A stretch of DNA of 63,618 bases, the filler included, from Basidiobolus ranarum (Eukaryota), in assembly GCA_040143965.1 (NCBI GenBank). It is 34 parts of 34 records of this genome, joined end to end, with 100 filler letters (N's around TTAATTAATTAA, not from the genome) between each part and the next. Parts side by side here need not be neighbours in the genome. Positions count along the whole stretch, not along the records: positions 22,549 to 24,323 come from JASJQH010004357.1; positions 24,424 to 26,197 come from JASJQH010004358.1; positions 26,298 to 28,071 come from JASJQH010004359.1; positions 28,172 to 29,945 come from JASJQH010004360.1; positions 30,046 to 31,819 come from JASJQH010004361.1; positions 31,920 to 33,693 come from JASJQH010004362.1; positions 33,794 to 35,566 come from JASJQH010004363.1; positions 35,667 to 37,438 come from JASJQH010004364.1; 26 more parts are not named here. The stretch is one strand, 5' to 3'. The notes under the pieces are model-generated. The model had not been told where the DNA came from, ran no database searches, and saw only the letters and a list, made by a program, of their open reading frames with translations. The position numbers and the translations under genes were made by a program. Positions 22,862 through 35,699 of the stretch are shown one piece after another (within the stretch, counting starts at the first letter, position 1; every line of letters begins with the position of its first letter).

Positions 22862-23875
22862 GCTTGCTATTGTCCATGTTAAAGCATTCAGGATGTCCAG
22901 AATGTATCTAGACTGATTCAGTATAATTTTCTGATTGGGTTTATCTCTCTTGATTTGGATTCTAGGAAAATAACTCAATTCACCCATATCAGTCATACGA
23001 AATTGGTTTGGTAAGCTGCTTTTTATCTTATTCAGTGCTTCAAGATTATTTGTGGTTATGATTAAGTTGGCTAAATATAGTGCCAAGATCATGATGCTAA
23101 TTCCAGTTGTTTTTATGTTAATACTGTCATCTGCCATGCATTTTTGGAATTTTAGTGATTGCAAATAGGTATCTATCTTGCTGTACTATGCCCTGGATGC
23201 TTGCTTGAGTCCATATAACAATTTTGCAGCTTACAGACCATATCAGGATGTTTTGGGTCAACAAGTCCATCTGGTTGCTCCTTATAGTTCTCTTCTTCTA
23301 AATCTCCATTCAGAAAGGCTGTTTTTACATCCATCTGTAGTAGATCAAGGTTGTGGATGGCTGAGAGTGCCAGGATTGATCTAGTGGAGCTAAATCTAGC
23401 TACTGGAGCCAAAGTTTCGTTAAAATCAACTCCTGGAGTCTGGAAATAGCCTTTTGCAACTAATCTTGCTTTATACCTTTCTATAGTTCCATCAGCTTGG
23501 TTTTTGACTTTGTATACCCATTTGCAACCTATTTGCTTTCTCCCTGATGGAAGAGGACTTATGACCCACATTATATTGTCCTGAAGTGTAGAAAACTCAT
23601 ATGACACTGCTTTTTCCCATACTTTTGATTCTAGACACTCCAGAACTTGATCTAGAGTCTGTGGCTTGTCACAGAAGGCTGCATAAGCCTATACATCATC
23701 ATTGAAAGTGTTCTACCAGTTACCTGTCTTATTTCTCTCTCTCAATAATCTTCTGGGCCCTGAGTCATCCTCTGATAAAATTGGGACTGGAATTTCAGTT
23801 GAATGGGGCTCAGATACAGCTGGAATTTTGTTAGAAACTTCCTGAATAGTGCTGATTGTGTTTTCTGGATCAAAA
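22862..23875 (-). mobile_element. Ty1/copia RT remnant
   Basis: [36 protein letters not shown]. Confidence 0.92.
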
Positions 23876-24110
23876 TGTTGTGTCCAAGAGAAAAGTGGAT
23901 AAAAAATCTTAAACTTTACTGAACCAAAGAAACAGTGAAGTGCAGAATCTTAGAACTGTTTAAGCAGGATATATAAGCAGGGCAGATCTAACAAATATAT
24001 GTCTTGGGAATAGCAGTGGGTTGCTACATAACAGTATAGAGTAGGTTTGCTAGACAGCTAGGCTTGGTGTTCTGTGGATGCTAGTGGATACTAGGCTTGG
24101 ATAGAGATGA
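23876..24110. mobile_element. LTR family L4 fragment
   Basis: TGTTGTGTCCAAGAG terminus; reverse-complement copy at 56247-56401. Confidence 0.7.
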
Positions 24111-25103
24111 GAGGAGAATATTGAATTTGTTAAGAAACACTGAGAAGTGTTGAGATCCTAAATTTGTTAAGACACACACTAAACCAAAAAGTTCAGTTAA
24201 CTTTATTTATACTTTTTGATTGCAAAGTGAATTAGTCAGTGCCAAGATATTAGATGACTAATCCGATACAAGATAATGTGATTGGATAGATATATAGATA
24301 GATAAGTGAGTCATGCATCAGCTNNNNNNNNNNNNNNNNNNNNNNNNNNNNNNNNNNNNNNNNNNNNTTAATTAATTAANNNNNNNNNNNNNNNNNNNNN
24401 NNNNNNNNNNNNNNNNNNNNNNNATGGGAAGAATTGGGCTTGCCCAAATTTTCCAAAGGTCAGATCTCTGACCTTTGACATCCCTGAGGAAGAGACACTG
24501 TTTCCAACATTATAACACAGCCTATTCTAGCTTTCATAATTTTTATGAATTTAGAGAAATTTCTCAGATATTGAATATTATTTTAATTTTTGTAAATTTG
24601 CAAGTCTCTGGGAAATCAAAGTGCAGATGTTTTCTTTCAGACTCTGAAAGCTTCTAAGTATTGTAATATTACCATAAGTAAACTGGCTACTTTTTAGCTT
24701 CATAATCCATAAGTTACTTATTGAGAATATCCTTTATATACTATTGAGAGTAATGAAGAAACTTGATTAACATTATGAATTAGTAAAATTTGTAAGAACT
24801 TTGTGAGGTTTACAAAATTAAATAAAGAAGAAAGTGAATATTGGATATATCATAATTTTATTACAAATCTAGAAATATTGAAAGTGTTGATAAAAGCTTT
24901 CTGCTCATGATTTACAAATATTGACATATTACTAGCACTAAGCTCCATACATGTTTATTTATATAAAAAACACAAAATAGTCATTGAATAAACTTTTGGG
25001 CTATGTAACCTGCACAGGACAAAGGTGCTACAAATTTAAAAAGTTGTATAAAATGCAATGTATTTGTAACCAAGGTATTCCAAATAATAGAAATAAAAGC
25101 ATT

Positions 25104-25950
25104 GCGCACTACAGAACCCTCTATAATTTCAACAACTTACTAACTTTTGGGCTGCATATAACTGGAAACATGCCTTTATGCATTGCCTCTGATTTTATAG
25201 GGGCTACATTGGTGGTAGACTGTGAATGTGCACTACAAACATGAGCATCTTTCTAAAAACATTTTTACTTCCATAGTGCATATAACTATTACCATGTCAT
25301 TATATTGTATCTCTGACTTTACAGGAATCATGCAGACCACTCATCCCTTGATGCGCACTACAAACATAAGCCTCTTTTTAGAAACATATTTACTTTTGGC
25401 GTGTGTATAACTGATACCACATCATTATTTTTTACCTTTGACTTTATAGGAGTTACAAAGACCACTCATCCCTGAACGCACACTACAAATGTGAGCATCT
25501 TTCTAAAAACTTGTTTACTTTTGGCATGCATATAACTGATACCATGTCATTATTTTTCCCCTATGATTTTATAGGAGTTATGAAGACCGCTCATCCCTTG
25601 ACATGCACTACAAAAGTGAGCCTCTTTTTAAAAACATATTTACTTTTGGCATGCATATAACTGATACCATGTCATTATTTTTTACCTTTGACTTTATAGG
25701 AGTTACAAAGACCGCTCATCCCTTGACGCGCACTACAAACGTGAGCCTCTTTTTAAAACATATTTACTTTTTGTGTGCGTATAACTTAGACCATGTTATG
25801 ATATTTTTTACTTTTGAATTTAAAGGAGTTACAAAGACTTCTCATCCCTTGACGCGCACTACAAACGTGAGTCTCTTTTTAAAAACATACTAACTTTTGG
25901 CATGCATATAACACATACCCTGTAATGATATTTCACTTTTGACTTTATTT
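25104..25950. repeat. 125-bp tandem repeat, ~7 copies
   Basis: CACTACA starts at 25107, 25231, 25356, 25481, 25606, 25731 and 25857. Confidence 0.92.
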
Positions 25951-26499
25951 AGGGGGGGAGACAGTCACCAAAAGGTGAAATCTTTATTTCAAACAAAACA
26001 AAGAAGCTATAACTACTTTTGTAGTTTCTTAACTAATGTATAGAGATCTGGAGTATTTGTATGAATGTTGCAAAGCAGAAAAGTTAAGTCAGTAGAATCT
26101 AAGACACTGTTAGGTGGAGTGGGAGGGAGTAACAAAGGTAAAAATGGTTTGTCAACAATGGAAATTAGTGGAATGAGGCTAGGATTAACATAAAGCANNN
26201 NNNNNNNNNNNNNNNNNNNNNNNNNNNNNNNNNNNNNNNNNTTAATTAATTAANNNNNNNNNNNNNNNNNNNNNNNNNNNNNNNNNNNNNNNNNNNNAGT
26301 CTGATGCTAGTGTTGTTGTCTTGTGGCTCCCTTTCTAGATTGGCTGGTCTGGTTCCATCAGTGAGTGGTTCAAGTGACAGTTTTACTTTAGTAGCAACAG
26401 TCTTGGACTTGGACCTGACAATGGCTTCTTGTACTCAAGGTCCTAAAGCAGCTTCCCAAGCTAAGTTTGAGCTGGATGTAAAGTGTATTTAGTAGTGAG

Positions 26500-27444
26500 T
26501 GTCTTCTTTGATGGTGCTTCTGCACTGATTTTATGGTGAGTGGCTGGTGCTCCACAAAAGTTGGCAAGCAGTCCTGGGTTGGTTCTGTAAATGGCGTACT
26601 AAGCAGATTCTTCAGGTTAATTCATGACCATTGCTCTGGCTTTAATCCCCCAAGGTCTTCCAAGTAATTGGTTGAAGTTTGCTTTTTGGCAGATGAAGAC
26701 AGGTACAGTGTGCTCTACTCCTTGTATATTGATGGTAAACACATGAATGACTCCTAAAAGTGAAGAGACTCCAGTGTTGGCATTGCGCATATTCCAGTGC
26801 ATGTCAGTTTTCATTGGGAGCAAGAGCTTGCATGGTTATGACTTTTAGAAGTCCATTGGCTTCACACAAATCTCTGACCCACTATCAATCTGGCATTGTA
26901 TAAGGTCTCCATGAGTTGTCCAACTAACTATGGCTGTGGCCACTGAGTAGCGTGTGAATGTAGGTGTTTCCTTGTTCATCTTAGGGAGTGGTTCATCATG
27001 AGTTGTCTGTATATATCTTGCTGAAGGTTGATCTATAGGTTGTCTCCTAGTACATATGTTGTCATCTAGATTCTTTATGACTGTAGAATAAACACTGACA
27101 AGTTCCCCAGTTGTAATGGAGAGGCAAGAGTCTAAGATCTTCTTAGTATTGTTGCAGGTTCTGCCTTCTTGCTGTTGGCCCATAGCAAAGTGACGCATGT
27201 TCTGGTCAGGGTCTTCAGCAATTACCCTTCTGGTGTTGTTAACTGGTGGGTAGTAAGTTGCTCTCATACTTCCTCTTCCAAAGTTTGGCCTGACATTTCT
27301 GCCATTATGATCAAGTATAAACCCTTGTGAGCTCAATTGGAGCTCTCCTTTGTCAAGTAGTTCATTCACTTCAGGACAGTCCTTCTTGTCAAAGGTTCTT
27401 CCGGTCTTGGTTGCTGTTGTTGTCTGCTCTTTTGGAGCATCTTC
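26500..27444 (-). mobile_element. Ty3/gypsy gag-protease remnant
   Basis: CQIDSGSEIC (aspartic protease D-S-G) and LLGRPW; 5' side cut by a CACTA-like insertion. Confidence 0.75.
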
Positions 27445-28071
27445 CCCTAACATAAATTTGAGGATTGTTATCATAGGAAAACCATCACAATTTTAATCCA
27501 TTTGGGATTGACTGTTTACTTACCATCATAAAATAATAAAGTTAGATTTTATTTTAATCAATTTTTTCAATTTCAGTAGTGGAGTTTCAAGATCTTCCCT
27601 AACAAAAATAAAATTGATTTGATCCGGATTGGATCCACCCTCTGAAATAGCAAAACCATCAGAGTACTGTCACAATATTGTTGGCTTGCATTCTGCCAGG
27701 GATTTTAATTGTGTGATGGTGGCTTCTTGATGGTATCTTAATGGTATTCATACATGATAAAATATTGATCCTCAAATTTGGCATGCGTTATTCAATATCC
27801 AGCAATTTTTGAATGGCAAATTACTGGGTTTACTGCTTTAGGAATTTGAATTAATATGCATTCCTTTATTTAGATATTTTAGGCTTTGTATTCCAGCCAT
27901 AATGAGAATCAAAAAATACAAGAATCTCATTGCATTTAGTCTCTACATATGCACATATTTGACTGATTAGACATAACTCAACAGCATCAATATGCTTTAC
28001 CTGCAAACTAACAGTGGAAAAATTGCTAAACATTGGAAATTTTCAATAGCACTGACACTTGGCAAACAGCT
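27445..28071 (-). mobile_element. Two CACTA-like termini: 'left' end at 27445 interrupted by a 'right' end starting at 27597
   Basis: CCCTAACATAAATTTGAGG at 27445; CCCTAACAAAAATAAAATTG at 27597. Confidence 0.85.
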
Positions 28072-28171
28072 NNNNNNNNNNNNNNNNNNNNNNNNNNNNN
28101 NNNNNNNNNNNNNNNTTAATTAATTAANNNNNNNNNNNNNNNNNNNNNNNNNNNNNNNNNNNNNNNNNNNN

Positions 28172-28562
28172 AATACAATGGTGGGCTTTGATGGAGTTAT
28201 TGACACAAACTTGTGTTGGGTATGAGCTCAACCTTGGGTATGAAGAACTCTATAAAAATATTCCGGAGAATATATCAAAGAGACTAGGGATTTTGATGGT
28301 GACAAATTAGCGTTCAAGTGGTAATTGTGTAAAATTTGAGTTATGTTTTTTGCACATGTGTTGATTCATAGTTCTCTGAGATTGTAGCCAATCATGTGCA
28401 ACCATTTTGCAAGATCTTGAAATTTCACTCCTGAAACTGAAAAAATTGATTAAAATCAAATCTAACTTGATGATTTTATGATGGTAAGTAAATGGTCAAT
28501 CCCAAATGTATTAAAATTGTGACAGTTTTCCTACAATAACAATCCTCAAATTTCTGTTAGAG
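28172..28562 (+). mobile_element. CACTA-like ORF2 end and 'left' terminus
   Basis: Homologous to 600-992; ends TTTCTGTTAGAG. Confidence 0.85.
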
Positions 28563-29945
28563 AGTTGTATGATTGACAAGTGTTTTCCACTTGTACTAGG
28601 TCTGTGGCAAGCAAGGGTTGCCAATCAACTGTGGTAAAAGTGTACAAAAACCAATAAACACCTGGTTGCTAAGATTGGATTGAACTCCCCACTCCTCAGT
28701 AATCATAGCTGCTTCCTTTACAGCAAGTGTTATGAGTGGACTGATGTTTGCCAATAACAAAGAGTCTATAACAAAACTGTTGTTTTCTTCTTCAACTTCT
28801 GATATACTACCATTAGTACTGGAATAACCAAGGTTAACATTTAGCAGCAAGTCCTCAAAGTTGTCTGGACTTACTGGTTTAACCAAAGTTGCATTCTGAC
28901 CTACACTATTCTGGTCATATAACTGTGGTAACTCCATGGCATCTTGTCCTTTGACAGTGTTACCAAAACTCTGAAGCAAATTACAGTCAGTGAACTCAAT
29001 GGGCAAAACTAAAGTTGATATGGTGCACTTATTACTGTTGTTATACACCAGGCTTGGTGCAGCTGGTGACTTTGTAGAGTGACCATGCTCAAAATTGGCT
29101 TCCAAGCCAAAGCCTGCTGGCATGAAAGGAAAAAAACCAAAAAGAACAGAGGACTTAATTGATGAGCAGTCTAGCAATCCACTATTCACTTTGGAAGGCA
29201 TTGACTTTCTGGAAACTAACTTAAGTAATGATGAAGCATTAATCAATTTACCAGATTTGTTCCTTTCCAGCAATAGTGCAAGTGAAGAGATTGTAATCCC
29301 TCCATTATGTAGTAAATCAATAGTTGAGCAAAGTTCAACCAAAACACCATCAAGACCATCAACTTCCAAACTGGCTGCTTTGCCCACTATTGAATAACCC
29401 TCCATAGAAAATTTGGATAGAATTATTACAACAAGGGAATTGCAGGCAGAACACCATATTGATTTATATGTAATCATAAGTAAAAACTATGAAGTTGCTG
29501 TACAGGCCATGACAAGCAATACTGCCACAATATTGTAATTAATGCAGCATTTGGAAGCAACTAGTTAACAGTTAGAGAGTCACTCAAGAATGATAAAAGA
29601 CCTTAAGAATGATGTACTTGAGCTACAGCAACATGCTGCTCCCTCCATCCATTCACATACTGGATTTCAATCAATTCCACACCATATATATGAATGTCAC
29701 TGTGACAATCTAGCAGAGCAGAATATGTTTTGGACCAATAAGCCTACACAATGACCCAAAATTGCTTGGGCACATAAATGTAGAAATCACATAAGAAAAC
29801 CAGCAAACCAAATGATTCTGAATGTCAGAGCTGCAATGATTTGCTCTAGTGATGAGTGGTTTGACAATTTGGAAACTGTGTGGTATCTGGCCCAGAATCA
29901 CCTGGATTTGAGCCAATTGTGGAAAAACCAAAAACCAGGCATTAC
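28563..29945. mobile_element. CACTA-like core with the spacer deleted: transposase N-part (-) fused to ORF2 (+)
   Basis: 28563-29090 matches 12490-13010 in reverse; ASKPKPAG ORF2 sequence from ~29095. Confidence 0.75.
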
Positions 29946-30045
29946 NNNNNNNNNNNNNNNNNNNNNNNNNNNNNNNNNNNNNNNNNNNNTTAATTAATTA
30001 ANNNNNNNNNNNNNNNNNNNNNNNNNNNNNNNNNNNNNNNNNNNN

Positions 30046-30366
30046 TTATGGCTGGAATACCAAGCCTAAAATATGTAAGTCAAGGCATGCATATTAATTT
30101 GAATTCCTACAGCAATAAACCCATTAATTTGCCATTCAAAAATTATATTTTTACAAAAATTGCTGGAAATTAATAACACATGCCAAATATGAGGATCAAT
30201 ATTTGACATGTATGAATACTGTCAAAATATCATCAAGAAGCTGCTGTCACACCATCAAAATCCCTGGCAGAATGCAAGCCACTGATATTATGATGGTTCT
30301 CTGATGGTTTTGCAATTTAGAAGGGTGGATCCAATCCAGATCAAATCAGTTTTATTTTTGTTAGAG
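30046..30366 (+). mobile_element. CACTA-like 'right' terminus
   Basis: Ends TTTTTGTTAGAG. Confidence 0.82.
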
Positions 30367-30390
30367 ATATATGTTACTTGCTTAAATCTT

Positions 30391-30770
30391 TATTGGGAAA
30401 ATATGGGCTGTTTGGAGGAACTTTAGAAAAGTGGAGTTATGAATAGCTTTTTTTGAGATAATTATTCATTGTCCAGAAAAGAAGTATTTATACAATTTGG
30501 TAGAAATACAGAGAACTAACAATGGGGTTGTGTTCAGAACATCTGTGGGAGTAAGATGCGCTATTTTTGGGGCAATTTGGACAAGTTTGAAATTTTCAAT
30601 AGAGAATTGCTAATTCTCACATTATTCACATAAATATATAATATATGTTCCAATTTGCAGTTAAGTGATAATTGACCAAGTAATCTTAACTAACTTATAT
30701 GTGATATATGAAATAGTTAGGTGTATAAAGATAGAGATAACAAATATGATAAATATAATAAACCTCAACA
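30391..30770 (-). mobile_element. LTR family L3 (~380 bp)
   Basis: Reverse complement of 21446-21821. Confidence 0.8.
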
Positions 30771-30889
30771 ATCTTGACAAAACTGTATATGTTAACTTTC
30801 TAGTCCATTAATCAATAATTGAATACCATCAATTTCTCCAATTCTCCAAATCACTTCCAACATGCTTCCAAAATACCTTAACAGCCAAA

Positions 30890-31819
30890 TGATAGAGCAC
30901 TATGAAACTATTAAATAGTTTTCAACCAGCCATACAAGTACATCAAATATATAAACCAATTAAGATTTTTAACCATTCAAAATGTTGCCAAATAGACTGT
31001 TCCTTGAGTTTCTTCATTTTTTCCAGGGCAACTGTGCCTCAAGAGATTGTTGTACTTGCTACTCAATATCCATAAGGTCCACTCATTGTTTCATGTGATG
31101 GCTGGTTTAGTTAAAGCCTTTCAATCATTAAGGCCAGTTCTTGTGTGCCTGATTTTGTGTTTAATTGCAAAGAAGGAAAGAGGCTTCACAATTTCTCTTC
31201 TGAGTCTACTGCCTTCCTTAATTTTATATGGACACCTCCAACTACTATAGCAGACCATACTGCATTCATGAATATACTTCAATGCTCAATAACAAAACTT
31301 TGATATGCCTTAGAAGTGGCCACTCAATTAATTAAGACCTTGCCACTTACTAATGAAACCGACAGTGACAACAAAGACTTGATTGCTATCTTGAAATGAA
31401 ATACTGGCTGTATACATTACATGAACTTTGATGAAATATAAGCAAAGTGTGGAATTTTGCATAATTGGTTACATAGGAGTTATACTGTACCTCCACAAAG
31501 GTAGCCAAATATACCAGACCTTTGTGCATTTCATGAATAACTAAGCACAAGTAATCATCACTCATTATATCGTAATGTGTATTGTTCCATTAAACTTTAT
31601 ATTGTATCCTGCTAACCATCTATCATTGTTTCAAGGCAATAAATTGAAATCAGAAAATTTAACAATTGCATACAGCTGGAGTCAGAATGCTGCAACTCTC
31701 TGTACTATTCACTAATTACCTTGTTCTCATATCTGCCTTTGCCTTGTACTAACTTGGCCACAGATAAAATTAGGAGATGTTGTTTATAGTGCAGTATCCA
31801 TTGTATTGCTGAGAGCACC
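30890..31819 (+). mobile_element. Possible decayed Mutator-like transposase (SWIM finger)
   Basis: Cys residues followed by LPCSHIC at ~31688-31736; CpG-depleted; no intact ORF. Confidence 0.3.
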
Positions 31820-31920
31820 NNNNNNNNNNNNNNNNNNNNNNNNNNNNNNNNNNNNNNNNNNNNTTAATTAATTAANNNNNNNNNNNNNNNNNNNNNNNNN
31901 NNNNNNNNNNNNNNNNNNNA

Positions 31921-32409
31921 ACCCTTACATCCATATTCCTGCGACAGAATAGGGGCTCCTCCGACTTTGGATTCAACTCGCATCCACTTACCGCCACCAA
32001 ATTGTCCTTTGAAAAAGTGGTAGAAAGTTACAATCTGTGGGAGCAATTCAAACTATTTGCCGTTCAAGACTTTACCGTTGAGAATGTATTGTTCTATGAA
32101 AGATGTCGCAAACTAAAGTTCGATTGGATCACCGAAGATGGTACAGAGCCAGAAATTAGCTCTATGGAAATGGAAATTCAAGATGTATATAATACATTCG
32201 TAGCTCCAAACGCAAGATTCATGGTAAACTTGAATGGAAAAACTCGTAGATTAATTCAGGATTCCTTAAAGCGAAGAGAATTCAGTGTGGATATCTTTGA
32301 AAGAGCTTTGGAAGAGGTAGGAGAGTTGATGTTCAGAAATACATACCCTAGATTCCTACAATCTCGTCGTAACACTCATTTGAAATGGGAAGAAGTCGGT
32401 AGTGTATAA
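31921..32409 (+). CDS. RGS-domain protein, C-terminal part
   Basis: FKLFAVQDFTVENVLFY...YNTFVAPNARFMVNL...IFERALEEVGELMFRNTYPRFL. Confidence 0.85.
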   Translation, partial: TLTSIFLRQNRGSSDFGFNSHPLTATKLSFEKVVESYNLWEQFKLFAVQDFTVENVLFYERCRKLKFDWITEDGTEPEISSMEMEIQDVYNTFVAPNARFMVNLNGKTRRLIQDSLKRREFSVDIFERALEEVGELMFRNTYPRFLQSRRNTHLKWEEVGSV

Positions 32410-33409
32410 AGAGTTCATATCCTTATCATATTGGCTTCATTAAGCAAGTTATAGATTTTCTTTTCTTAATCTCAGCTCTCTAGGCATTAGAGCTATTTCT
32501 CTTGAAAACAACCACCTCAACAATTCCTTCGGGATAAGGTTTCTACAATATACACGCGTAGTTTTAATTTAACATTAATTGTACACTATATAAATACTCT
32601 TAAAGACTATTATATTCGAACTTCATATTTTAACAGTAGCGATTGAGCCTTGGAAACTTGACTAATTAGCAGTAATGAAGCATCCTTTCCTGCCTATCCA
32701 ATGTTTTTTGTAAGTTTAAATGGAAGATTTTTGATTTGATGTTGCCGCTACTAATTCCTTTCTTCAGCTTGGTTTCTTATGGACGCTAATATGAAACCAA
32801 TTGGTCCGATTTCTATTATATGACATTATATGAGTTGGCTAGTTTTGGTAGCTTTGGTGCAACGTGGGACTTCTAATCGTATGGATCAGATTTGGTGCAG
32901 GACCTAAACTACATCTGTGCTCTCACCTGTGGTTCGTAATTTCAAATCTTGTCCAACATTAGCCATATTTAATGGGATTTTTTCATCAACTTACGTAGCT
33001 TAGAAAAATGTTGACTCAATAAACAATACGCACCATTGGTGATACCTCCAACCCCTACTGTTAGTCAAGATACGTAAATAAGATCAGCTGATATGCAAGA
33101 AAAATCCTTGAATGTTAGAGAAGCTGGGGATCATACTAAAATACCCAATCTCGGAATTTGTATTTACTAATTATCTTGGGAATGGGAATAGGCTAGACTA
33201 GAAGCTGCATTGAAACATTAGTATTCACGTCACCAATCTTTAAACATAATAACAACAATAGAAGGACCAGACTGATCTTTCCGTTCATCGCTCTTCATAT
33301 GAATAATTAATCCGGCTCATCCCAACTCTAACAACAAAATCATAATTGAACTAAAATCAATTTGGAAAGCTATTTTGAGCCACCATATGCTTTCAGATGA
33401 AAAATATTT

Positions 33410-33482
33410 CGACCCGGGTGGGGGTCGAACCCACGACTTTCTCCTCCGGAGGGAGACACTCTTTCCACTGAGCTACAGGGCC
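33410..33482 (-). tRNA. tRNA-Arg(CCG)
   Basis: Cloverleaf GGCCCTG-TA-GCTC..GAGT-G-TCTCC CTCCGGA GGAGA-AAGTC-GTGGG TTCGACC CCCAC-CCGGGTC-G; T run shortly downstream. Confidence 0.9.
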
Positions 33483-33793
33483 TTTTCTTAGTGTTGTTAC
33501 GAAATTGGATTATCAGACAAAAGCGATGGCAATTTTGGAGACAACATAATGTCTCAATCAACTCAATATTTCGTACACATATAATGCATAAGCAAAACTT
33601 GACCTTCACCCAGTTTCATATCTACACCTTTCCCACACGTCTCGCAATCACTGAAACAAGAGAATAAATGCAAATATCTCCAGAACTACTGTANNNNNNN
33701 NNNNNNNNNNNNNNNNNNNNNNNNNNNNNNNNNNNNNTTAATTAATTAANNNNNNNNNNNNNNNNNNNNNNNNNNNNNNNNNNNNNNNNNNNN

Positions 33794-34440
33794 AGATATT
33801 TGAGGATGTTTATTGTCAGACAAACATCACAATTTTGATCCATATGGGTTGGCTATTTACTTACCATCATAAAATTGTCAAGTTAGATTTGATTTTAATC
33901 AATTTTTCAATTTCAGAGTGAAAGCTCTTGCAAAATATTTGCACATGATTGGCTACAACATTAGAAAGCTATGGATCAACACATGTATGAAAAACATAGA
34001 CCAAACTTTACATATTTACCACTTGAACATCAATATGTCACATCTGAAATCCTTAGTTTCTTAGATATATTCTCCCAAATATTGTTACAAAGTACTTCAT
34101 ACCCAAGGTTTGGCTCATAGCTAAAACAAGTTTATATCAGTATCTCCATCAATGCTCACCATTGTATTAACATTGCTGAATCAACATTTTCCAGCTATCT
34201 GGCATATACCATGCTATATTGTACCACTCTGTTTTAAGTTCTTCTTAAATATCCGCATGGTCAGCACCAAACCAAATGTCATGATAAACAATCTTCTTCC
34301 CAAGCCACTTACTACATAATTGCATTGCATCTTTCCCTTCATACTTCTGAAAATACTCTTTAAGGATTTTGCTAATTCTTTTTGTCCTTGTACTTTAACA
34401 CTACTCAGTTGGGAGGATGAAAAGGACCAGGTGGTATGCA
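33794..34440 (-). mobile_element. Diverged CACTA-like ORF2 C-terminus and left subterminal region
   Basis: Reverse homolog of ~350-985. Confidence 0.7.
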
Positions 34441-34599
34441 CTTTATTTAGCTTTTATACTAATCTAAACAAAGTGACAATCAAGACATCAATCTTTTTAG
34501 TTATTGTGACAAAACTGGATCATATCCATACTTAACTTGCTGACTAATGTAATTTGGTTCCAAGGATGTAAACATAGTGTTAAGGGGCAAAGGTGGTAG

Positions 34600-35358
34600 G
34601 CCAAATGGAAGCTACTCAGTACAAACCAAGTGGATCATAGGACAAAAACTTGGAATAATATGGATTAAAAAAAGTGTCTTAGAGGCAAGGTATTGCTTCC
34701 AAAGGTCTAGCTGGAAGTGTATAGCAACAATTTTGGGCTGTTTTGCTTCATGTAGTTGTAAAGCTAGTTCAGAAACAAGAGGATCATCTTGTATCAGTTT
34801 CCAGCATGTTGCTGGATTTGAAGATGGTGTGGCTAGCCGCTTCTTGACCAGTGGATTTCTGCAGCCATTTAGCTGGAGTACAAATCTAGCCCTCAGTAAC
34901 ACTACTCTGATATGACACGGGAAGAATTCAAGTGTTCCATATAGAGCATGATTGTAGGCAGTCTCAGGCAAGTCAGGCATCATCAGCCTGAGGCAGTAGC
35001 TGAAGAATCTATCAAGTTTGAAATAGTCCCTCTGTTTGAGTGGGAGCAGATATACTCCATATTCCAGAACTGGTAACATAAACTGCTTTAGAAGTCTTTG
35101 CAACTATGATAAGATGCATTGGGATGTGTAATTGCAAGTAACTTGTGAACAGCCTGTTTGGCCAAGGCAATTCTAACTGACAGGTATTTCTTCACATCAA
35201 TGCCAGTAAGAGTGAATGGGAAGCCAAGATAGGTTGTATGTTTCATTTGAGGAAGCTCAATATCATACAAGGAAGTAGTACAACCAAGAGGAATTGATTT
35301 GGCGACGGAAAGCTCCAATTTATTTTCTGATAGATACCTCCAAATAGTAGCTTCTTCT
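34600..35358 (-). mobile_element. Non-LTR (LINE) pol remnant, post-RT region
   Basis: TYLGFPFT and RLLKQFMLPVLEYG; homologous to 54378-54880. Confidence 0.75.
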
Positions 35359-35566
35359 TGTTGAAATTAGCATTGCCTAAACACCTATATAGTCATATAT
35401 AGCTTAGTACTTAGTTATCTTATAATTCACTAAGATATTATCAATTATTTTCAATTGGAACTTACTTGCAATATTTTTACCAACTTGGAAGTTCTCAGAT
35501 ATATAGATTTTTCAAACTTGAGCTAGAAGCCCCAGACTTTGCACACATGCTCCTGGGACCTTCCTT
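35359..35566 (+). mobile_element. LTR family L5 fragment inserted in the LINE
   Basis: TGTTGAAATTAGCATTGCC start; related pieces at 39411-40148 and 52508-52987. Confidence 0.7.
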
Positions 35567-35699
35567 NNNNNNNNNNNNNNNNNNNNNNNNNNNNNNNNNN
35601 NNNNNNNNNNTTAATTAATTAANNNNNNNNNNNNNNNNNNNNNNNNNNNNNNNNNNNNNNNNNNNNATTCAGAATGATTCAGAGTGATAGATTTACTCA

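Noticed and set aside
25222-25893. Short ORFs in the 125-bp array
   Set aside because: The period is not a multiple of 3, so frames shift each unit; non-coding repeat.
26845-27474. ORF start MITILKFMLG as the true gag N-terminus
   Set aside because: The first ~10 codons come from the inserted CACTA-like terminus at 27445.
28596-29477. 293-aa minus-strand ORF as a novel gene
   Set aside because: A chimera of antisense ORF2 and the transposase N-terminus created by an internal deletion.
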